Origin: a virus | Lineage: Duplodnaviria; Caudoviricetes | Strand: one strand, 5' to 3' | Length of the DNA stretch: 64,000 bases | Virus record (IMG/VR): IMGVR_UViG_3300025121_000014 | Coordinates: 32,001 to 96,000 of that record | Shown here: positions 57,901-64,000 of the stretch, piece after piece | How positions within the stretch are numbered: the stretch's first letter is position 1 | How the letters are laid out: each line of letters opens with the position of its first letter | Program-made: the position numbers and the translations under genes | Notes under the pieces: generated by a model | What the model was told of the DNA's origin: nothing | Seen by the model: only the letters and a program-made list of their open reading frames with translations | Databases searched by the model: none

Positions 57901-60900
57901 CTAATAATAATCTTAGAGGTCATGAAGTTGCCGTATATAATTCAGGTGTTGTAAATAGAATTGTTGGTGCTCAATATTGGATAGAACAAGACGGTTTGTC
58001 AGCAACAGCAGATTATATTTCAGGTGTTCAAGTAAGTTTTAATGCTAATAAAGGATCAGTAACAAATCTTTATGGCATTGAACTTGGATTAGAACATAAT
58101 TGGACAAATAATGGTGGTACAGTTGATAATTCATATGCTATTTATATTGATGAATCTACTAATATAGGTAATATTTTAAGTTATGCTATATATTCAGCTA
58201 GTACAGGAACTTCTTATTTTGCTGGTAGTATTACAGGTTCTACTTTTGTAAAAACTGGTGGATTGTCTACTGAATTTTTAAAAGCAGATGGTAGTGTAGA
58301 TACAAATACTTATTTATTAAATGAAACTGATACATTTACAGGTACTCTAACTGTTGAAGGAATTGTTTCTATTAATCCAAGTGTAACTCCATCATCTGCC
58401 TTGCACGTTCAACCATCTACCGCATCAACTGATTTGGCTAGATTTTTTAATAGTGATTATACGACTGGTGTTGGTTCTGGTTTAAGAATTTATTCAGGTG
58501 CAATATCTGGTGATACATATATGAATATTCAAGTTTATGATGCTGGAGCTACTTCTACAAATAATTTAATTTTACAAGGTATTGGAGGATATGTAGGTAT
58601 AGGAACAACTGCACCAGAAAGAGCTTTACACGTACTTAATAATTCTTTTAATTTACAAGCTATATTTGAAAGAACATCAGCTAATTCTGATGGTGCAGTT
58701 GCTTTTAGAAATGATGCAACAAGTTGGACTATAGGAGTAGATGGTTCTGATAGTGATAAATTTAAAATCAGTAATAATTTTGGATTAGGAACAAATGATT
58801 TCTTAACTATTGATACAACTGGATATGTTAATATTAGAGGACTTACAGCACTATCTCCATCTAGTACATTATTTGTAGGTGGAACTGGTGTCGTAGTTCC
58901 TACTGTATCAGGAAGTAATTCTCAGTTTTTAATCACAGGAAATAATAATGCGATAGAATTTGGAACACCTGACATCATTAATGCTGGTTATGCGTGGATT
59001 TTGGCAAGACATAGACAAGTTGCAGCATCAGGTGGGTATTATTCAACTCTCCATTTACAACCAGTTGTTACAGGAACAATAACTGATTATGAAGGTGTTG
59101 CTATTGGTTATGACCCTACGACTAAATTAGCAAGTACAGTAGGATTGGCTGTTGCGTATAGGTTAGGTGTAGGAATGACTGCTCCTAATAATATGGTTGA
59201 TATTACAGATACTAATTTTGTTGCAGCCACACAAAATGCAGGATTAAGTTTAAGAGGTGGTAGTAGTGGTTCTGGATTATTTAGTTCTGCCATTGGATTT
59301 AGGATGTCTAATACTTCTGGACAAAGAGCAAGTATAGCAGGAGTTCAAGGAACTTCTGATGATGATCAAATGGGTTTAGCATTTTTTATTCACCCAAGTT
59401 CAACAGGCACAGATGCACAAGTTGAGGCAATGAGAATTAGTTATGATGGTAAAGTCGGAATAGGAACTACAGATGCTACGTCACCTTTGCATATATATCA
59501 AGATGATACAGCCACTACTGCTGGTGCAGGTTTAACTATTGAACAAGACGGAACAGGAGATGTAGTAATTCAATTTTTATTAACAGGACTTAAAAGATGG
59601 GTAGTAGGGGTGGATAATTCTGATGGTGATAAGTTTAAGATTGCCAGTAGTATTGATTTGGATACAGATGATCGTTTAGTAATTGATACAGATGGTAAAG
59701 TTGGAACAGGAACTTCTACACCATTTGCTAAAAATCACATAGTTGGTTCAAATGAAACATTCAGACTAAGTTCAGATAATGCAAATGAAGCTATAAATTT
59801 TAGATTTACAGAAGCTAAGGTAAATGATAATTACCAAGGGGCGTTTATAAATTATGATGGTGTTAATAATATATTAAATATTGGAGTACATCAAAGTTCT
59901 GATGCTTTAGTTGCAAATGATGTTAATGCTATAAGTATAGATAGAACAACAGGTAGAGTAGGAATATTAACCACAGGTGCTACAACTGCTTTAGATGTTA
60001 ATGGAGTAATTACAGCCACAGACGGAACATCTACTCAATGGAATACAGCATATACAAACAGATGGGAAAAAAATGGAACAGATTTATATTACACAGAAGG
60101 TAGTGTAGGAATAGGAATATCCGGTTCAACTTATCCTAAAGGATTAGATCTTTATATTAATGATAATTCTTCACATTCATATGGTGCATATTTTCATAAT
60201 TTTTCTACTGGTTCTAATAATTATTATAGATATGGGTTATATAGTAAAGCAGAATATTCTGGAACTACTACACAAACAGTAAATTATGGTGCATCTAATT
60301 ATTCAATTAATAGAAATAGTGCTAGGATAGAATTTGGATTAGGAACAGATTCTAGAGTTTATAGATATGATAACGGAACAGCTAATAATTTATATGGAAC
60401 ATCATCTACAATTTATGCTTATGGGACAGGTACAATAGATGACGCGTTTGGTTATTTTACAGATGTACAAACAATATCAACATCATCTAGTAATATTACA
60501 AGAGCAAGAGGATTATATATTAAAATAACTAATGCAAGTACAACAAATACTATATCAGAAGCAACGGGTATATCTGTAGGTGCAGCAGAAGCAGGATCAA
60601 AATGGACAAATAGTGGAACAGTCACATTATCACAAGGTATTTATATTGATAATTCAATTGATATTGGTATTACTAAATATGCAATTAATTCTCAAAGTTC
60701 AGGTACAAGTTTTTTTGCAGGTAATATGAATTTTGGTGGTCAAACTTATTTTAATTTGGATACATTAACAGATGCTGCTTCAATTACAACTGATTGTAAT
60801 AAAGGTAATTACCATACTGTTACTTTAACAGATAATAGGATATTAGCAGCACCGAGTAATCCACAAATAGGAACACATATATGGAAAATAGTTCAAGATG

Positions 60901-61040
60901 CAGGTGGAACAAATACATTAGATTTAAGTGCATTTACTATTTTAGGTTCAACTACTGCAATAAATTTAACTGGTAGTTCTGTATCTATTCTTACTGGTTT
61001 ATATGATGGTTCTATTTGGTATATGACAATTTTAACATAA
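54930..61040 (+). CDS. Long tail-fibre-like protein (about 2036 aa)
   Basis: Start moved to ATG 54930 (MAKIDQF). VGIGTT/LHV repeats and WxxGVDxSDxDKFKI modules. Confidence 0.82.
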   Translation: MAKIDQFVNGEGGLSVRTKINEAIKSVEVDSTLSGDGNIASSLGVVWSGVNSDFLPTSDSTYVIGSGNTAFKDIYIKGRLNINNETNYNTDYGIWFNDITGFYMAADDIIYLSLSGGTKTVRINQYGIGYNVTPTATYNNYFLGTLRATTNISAGGTITSFGTIYANAEIAIGGTIGEGNFICQSSTDKISILTGGLDTLSTENISGTGFTYINSVLELSGTTEPTPGAGRLYSNIDGHLYYSSGDTFIQIDNPAVSVSWDAVDGNLIPTSGNTIDIGSGDTAFKDLYLEGIAYVNNITEFNIGSGITFGGNLYSDKIIIDQNQNYGINTGLWFGDGNTGIYESENDTLIFTTNTFQRLSINNSEIVASVNFYADASNQLNLGTTTRNWLNLYLGGSIYNETTEIINISGSSNVDFKIPIRVNTINELDINSGVTIEGVELKDGDLTSTKSGGGLIQSVDSDTGHVVSFKAQGVNEYVRAAFLLGDEDNNITNGALWVAPAGTTQEPISLEALTNTDTVGNNSTKRIGLNITTTKGVLYTGRAEGNDGDIPLIFTTQGAVGSSAISIDGDTNQYVNVHTRLKTDYIYEYTASQGIIIGNDVSILQNLTIAGNISVTGTYFTSSAETFLVTDNLAVINYGETSAGVTLGFAGWEVDRGTLTPYRWGFSESSDTFELGEYYIQLTTGTITGGPFTIQEEILQENTGARGYIYSSDQSTFVKIKGTFGTFDTSNVISGLTSNATFTPTLVTINDSLQAVATRQDTPTDTGVAFWNSTTTSFETHSGLKYVYETGILNVNIINESTDTLGVTIEGVELKDGGIKLVSGSTINTIETILTNDNTHIPTSSAVVDAIAQTSQGWVNTTGTPINNQLAIFTDDNTIEGVTGLTFDGTNLGVGVDFSTNKGLYLIKNNTTGSEIYSYGADIRSTHTNEDTDLNWLIGIYASAEISGVSNVTNLGATVGGYFYAKNLGTGYSDELIGIYAKVDNNSNNASNNNLRGHEVAVYNSGVVNRIVGAQYWIEQDGLSATADYISGVQVSFNANKGSVTNLYGIELGLEHNWTNNGGTVDNSYAIYIDESTNIGNILSYAIYSASTGTSYFAGSITGSTFVKTGGLSTEFLKADGSVDTNTYLLNETDTFTGTLTVEGIVSINPSVTPSSALHVQPSTASTDLARFFNSDYTTGVGSGLRIYSGAISGDTYMNIQVYDAGATSTNNLILQGIGGYVGIGTTAPERALHVLNNSFNLQAIFERTSANSDGAVAFRNDATSWTIGVDGSDSDKFKISNNFGLGTNDFLTIDTTGYVNIRGLTALSPSSTLFVGGTGVVVPTVSGSNSQFLITGNNNAIEFGTPDIINAGYAWILARHRQVAASGGYYSTLHLQPVVTGTITDYEGVAIGYDPTTKLASTVGLAVAYRLGVGMTAPNNMVDITDTNFVAATQNAGLSLRGGSSGSGLFSSAIGFRMSNTSGQRASIAGVQGTSDDDQMGLAFFIHPSSTGTDAQVEAMRISYDGKVGIGTTDATSPLHIYQDDTATTAGAGLTIEQDGTGDVVIQFLLTGLKRWVVGVDNSDGDKFKIASSIDLDTDDRLVIDTDGKVGTGTSTPFAKNHIVGSNETFRLSSDNANEAINFRFTEAKVNDNYQGAFINYDGVNNILNIGVHQSSDALVANDVNAISIDRTTGRVGILTTGATTALDVNGVITATDGTSTQWNTAYTNRWEKNGTDLYYTEGSVGIGISGSTYPKGLDLYINDNSSHSYGAYFHNFSTGSNNYYRYGLYSKAEYSGTTTQTVNYGASNYSINRNSARIEFGLGTDSRVYRYDNGTANNLYGTSSTIYAYGTGTIDDAFGYFTDVQTISTSSSNITRARGLYIKITNASTTNTISEATGISVGAAEAGSKWTNSGTVTLSQGIYIDNSIDIGITKYAINSQSSGTSFFAGNMNFGGQTYFNLDTLTDAASITTDCNKGNYHTVTLTDNRILAAPSNPQIGTHIWKIVQDAGGTNTLDLSAFTILGSTTAINLTGSSVSILTGLYDGSIWYMTILT

Positions 61041-61055
61041 AAAAAATTAAAAAAT

Positions 61056-62012
61056 ATGATACCTGCTCCAATAAGTAATTTTCAGAATTTTAACTAGTAT
61101 AGATTAGCAGCATCAATAGACGACGGAGATGAATATAATGGTCTTTATTATGATGGAACTTATATTTATATAGCAAGATCAGTAACTGGTTTATCAGTTT
61201 ATAGTTTTAATGGGACTGGTTTAACTTTATTAGATACAGATGATGATAGTGCAGGTGTTGATTTTAACGGGGTTACTGGATATGGTAGTTATATTTTTGT
61301 TACAAGTTCAAATTTTCCTAATGCTGCAAAATATAATGGGTTATATGCTTATTCTTTTAACGGAACTACATTAACAAAAATAACAGAAATAACACAAAGT
61401 CAAGGTGGTGATGATACTTATGGTGATGTAAATACTGATGGTACTTATATATATGTTAGTAGATTATATAAAGGTTTTGATGCATACTCTTTTAATGGTT
61501 CAACATTTACATATAAAGATAACAATCAAACCTATTTATCTTTAAACGGAGATGTTTTATGTAGTGGTGGTTATATTTATGTTACAGGAACTAATGGGAT
61601 ATCAGCATTTTCTTTTAATGGAACTACAATTTCAGGAATAACAACAATAGAAAATTATACATTAGCAGATAGATATGTAACATCTTATAGTGATGGAACT
61701 TATATTTATGTTGGTGGATATCTTGATGGATTATTTGTATATACATTTGATGGAACTGGTTTTACATATATTACTGAAAATAAACAAGGATCAAGTGTTA
61801 GTTATAGTGGTGTATATGATGATGGAACTTATATTTATGTCGGTGATTCTATAGGCACTGATACAATTAAAAGATATAGTTTTAATGGAACGACTTTAAC
61901 TTATGTAGATGCTTTAACAAATCCAGGTGGAACTTATTCGTTTTTAATATATGATAATTATATATATGTTAGTGCAAGTTTTACAGGACTTAAAGTATGG
62001 AAAATATTTTAA
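61056..62012 (+). CDS. Beta-propeller (DGTYIYV/YSFNGT repeat, LVIVD-like) protein with an in-frame TAG at codon 14 (missed by the ORF track)
   Basis: ATG in a typical A-rich context, TAG at 61095-61097, then about 300 open codons with roughly 7 repeats, ending TAA 62010-62012. Confidence 0.75.
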
Positions 62013-62059
62013 AAAATAATTAAATATCTCTTGAATAATTAATTTTTATATATACATCT

Positions 62060-64000
62060 ATGAGTAAAATTTTAGAACTTTCAAGTAAATATATTTATAA
62101 TTCCATATTAGATAATAGTAATAGAATTGAAAAATTATATTCAAAATTAAATAATATTTATTTTGAACAAACAGGTTATACATCTAAACCTCAATATGAT
62201 AAAAAATTAGGAATTAATTTTGATAACGAAAACGGTTCTAGTACAATACATCTTATAAGTAATTATAACAGTACATTAAATTTATTAGATAATGATTTCC
62301 ATATAGAATTTTGGGTTAGAATTAATGAAACGTATGGTTATAATGTTTTATTTTCAAGGGTAAATTCTGGCTATACATCATATGCAATTATGTATATAGA
62401 TGAAATATTAGGATGGCCATCTAATTCATTAACATTAGCATTATCAAGTAATGGTTCAACATGGGATCAAAAAATCACATTAGAAAATATTAACAATTTT
62501 ATAACGTTTAAAAAAGAAACACATATCGCAATTTTTAGAAATGGTGATCAAATTAATATAACAATAAATGGTATTTTAAGAAAACAATATGATTTACCAA
62601 CTGACTATATAATTTATTCTAATATTAATGGAGTCCAATTTGCTAAATATGATACTGATGAATATGTAGAAAGCACTACGAAACCAAGAGGTAAATTATT
62701 AAATAATACTACCACATCATCTGGTGAAACATATGTAGTAAATGGTGATTCTTTTCCTCTTTATTCTACTTATGGTTCTATATATTCTCAATATCAGTAT
62801 GAATCAGATACAGAACAACGAACATGGTATGGTTTTATTACAAAAGGTGCAATTTGGGAATATAATATAACTACAAATACAGGAATTCTTTTTGATAATA
62901 CAACAACAGGAATAGGTGGAATTCATCAAGTAAATGGTGATCCATTACCAGATAAAAGTGTTTTGTCGTTTGCATATAACCATATTACAAAAAAATTATA
63001 TGTTGGTCAAACTTATACATTATGGGAATATGATTATATAACAAACACAGGATATATTATGGCATATAGTAATTTTTCAACACATTCATGGAAAGGTATT
63101 TCGATAGATACAGATATAAATAGATTGTATGGTTGTTATTATGGTGCAGGTCTTTTTATTTCAGGTGAAGGAATGCCAAAGTATTTTGATTTAAATATAT
63201 CTTATGATGTTAATAACATAGTAGTTAGTAGTGGTGATGTTTATACACCACATACAGCAAATCAAGTTAATTTTAATTATCAAAAATCTAAAATTGGAAC
63301 AACAAGTGCAGGAGAAAGTCCTGATTATGCTTGGTTATATGATATAGCAACAGAAAATGGTAAAAAATTAAATTATACAAATACAAATATAGGTGGAATT
63401 TATGAAGTAATTGGAGATCCAGCACCAAATACTGATGCAGAAAAATGTGATTGGTATATAGATTTATCCGGAAATTCTGTATTTATAGTTGGATATTGGG
63501 ATACAACTACAGGTGGTATATGGTTTTATAGTGAAATAAATAATACAGGAAAATTATATAATGTTATAAATACTTCACCTATTGGTGATTATGAAGTTAT
63601 AGGTGATCCACTACCTAATAATATAATTTATAATTTATCTGTTATAGATAATATCATATATGCAGGTACAAATTCTGGTATGTGGGTATATAATCCTAAT
63701 ACTAATATTGCTAAAACTTTTACAATAGTATCAACTGGAATAGGTGGTGATTATGAAGTTAATGGTGATGCATTGACATCTGATACAAATAAAGACACAT
63801 ATTTTACATATGTTTCTAAATTTGGTAATACTATTTATAAACCATTAGATACTGCCGATGGACTTTGGATTTATAAAGAATTTTCGGCTTCCTATTTAAA
63901 TGGAAATATTGATGATTTAATAATGTATAATGGAATTACAGGTTCAACTCCTTATAATTCATTAGGTTATAATTTAAACGATCAGATTTTTATACCAACA
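62060..64000 (+). CDS. LamG domain protein with an inserted beta-propeller-like region, truncated by the window end
   Basis: FHIEFWV...HIAIFRNG (LamG first half), repeated GxYEVxGDPLP blades, then YLNGNIDDLIMY (LamG closing strand). Open to 64000. Confidence 0.75.
   Translation, partial: MSKILELSSKYIYNSILDNSNRIEKLYSKLNNIYFEQTGYTSKPQYDKKLGINFDNENGSSTIHLISNYNSTLNLLDNDFHIEFWVRINETYGYNVLFSRVNSGYTSYAIMYIDEILGWPSNSLTLALSSNGSTWDQKITLENINNFITFKKETHIAIFRNGDQINITINGILRKQYDLPTDYIIYSNINGVQFAKYDTDEYVESTTKPRGKLLNNTTTSSGETYVVNGDSFPLYSTYGSIYSQYQYESDTEQRTWYGFITKGAIWEYNITTNTGILFDNTTTGIGGIHQVNGDPLPDKSVLSFAYNHITKKLYVGQTYTLWEYDYITNTGYIMAYSNFSTHSWKGISIDTDINRLYGCYYGAGLFISGEGMPKYFDLNISYDVNNIVVSSGDVYTPHTANQVNFNYQKSKIGTTSAGESPDYAWLYDIATENGKKLNYTNTNIGGIYEVIGDPAPNTDAEKCDWYIDLSGNSVFIVGYWDTTTGGIWFYSEINNTGKLYNVINTSPIGDYEVIGDPLPNNIIYNLSVIDNIIYAGTNSGMWVYNPNTNIAKTFTIVSTGIGGDYEVNGDALTSDTNKDTYFTYVSKFGNTIYKPLDTADGLWIYKEFSASYLNGNIDDLIMYNGITGSTPYNSLGYNLNDQIFIPT

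Noticed and set aside
434-59293. Short track ORFs overlapping longer genes (434, 2742, 3622, 5957, 6579, 7297, 7980, 14340, 15482, 19106, 20535, 26745, 34004, 36758, 37116, 37816, 42818, 43295, 45392, 50741, 59108)
   Set aside because: These are antisense or alternate-frame shadows of better-supported genes in AT-rich DNA, with no recognisable motifs.
3838-61040. Genome-wide TAG-to-Gln recoding (genetic code 15)
   Set aside because: Genes of 3-9 kb are fully open in the standard code with no in-frame TAG. Only one clear internal amber was seen, so at most rare suppression.
50611-64000. Diversity-generating retroelement acting on fibre C-termini
   Set aside because: No reverse transcriptase and no TR/VR pair with adenine-specific mismatches was seen. 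The paralogous C-termini differ at all base types.

Overview
Very AT-rich, densely coding fragment of what looks like a jumbo phage genome. No bacterial housekeeping genes, rRNA or tRNA were recognised. The host is probably Bacteroidota: a perfect TTTG-N19-TAnnTTTG promoter at 8089-8119, A-rich start contexts without Shine-Dalgarno sequences, a symmetric parS site, and type VI-B-like CRISPR repeats. Layout: (i) 1-3.8 kb, a frameshifted nuclease-like gene, a 50-bp IS200/IS605 mini-element, and a compact CRISPR-Cas12f locus (10 x 36-bp repeats, 9 x 30-bp spacers, a 151-bp candidate tracrRNA region, a 420-aa effector, no cas1/cas2). (ii) 3.8-23.6 kb, an accessory region. It holds about 15 ORFs whose N-termini resemble the T4 capsid-targeting sequence (MKTYQEFIAE-like), plus a patatin, an amidase endolysin, degenerate PolB-like and RNA-ligase-like proteins, a stand-alone NFACT-R domain, homing-type endonucleases and a TnpB-only IS. 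(iii) 23.7-64 kb, a long virion/tail-fibre module with a DUF2827-like glycosyltransferase, a second TnpB-only IS, a 3059-aa LamG/LRR protein, several beta-roll fibre proteins, and a beta-propeller gene interrupted by one in-frame TAG. All product calls come from motifs read by eye; no database searches were run.
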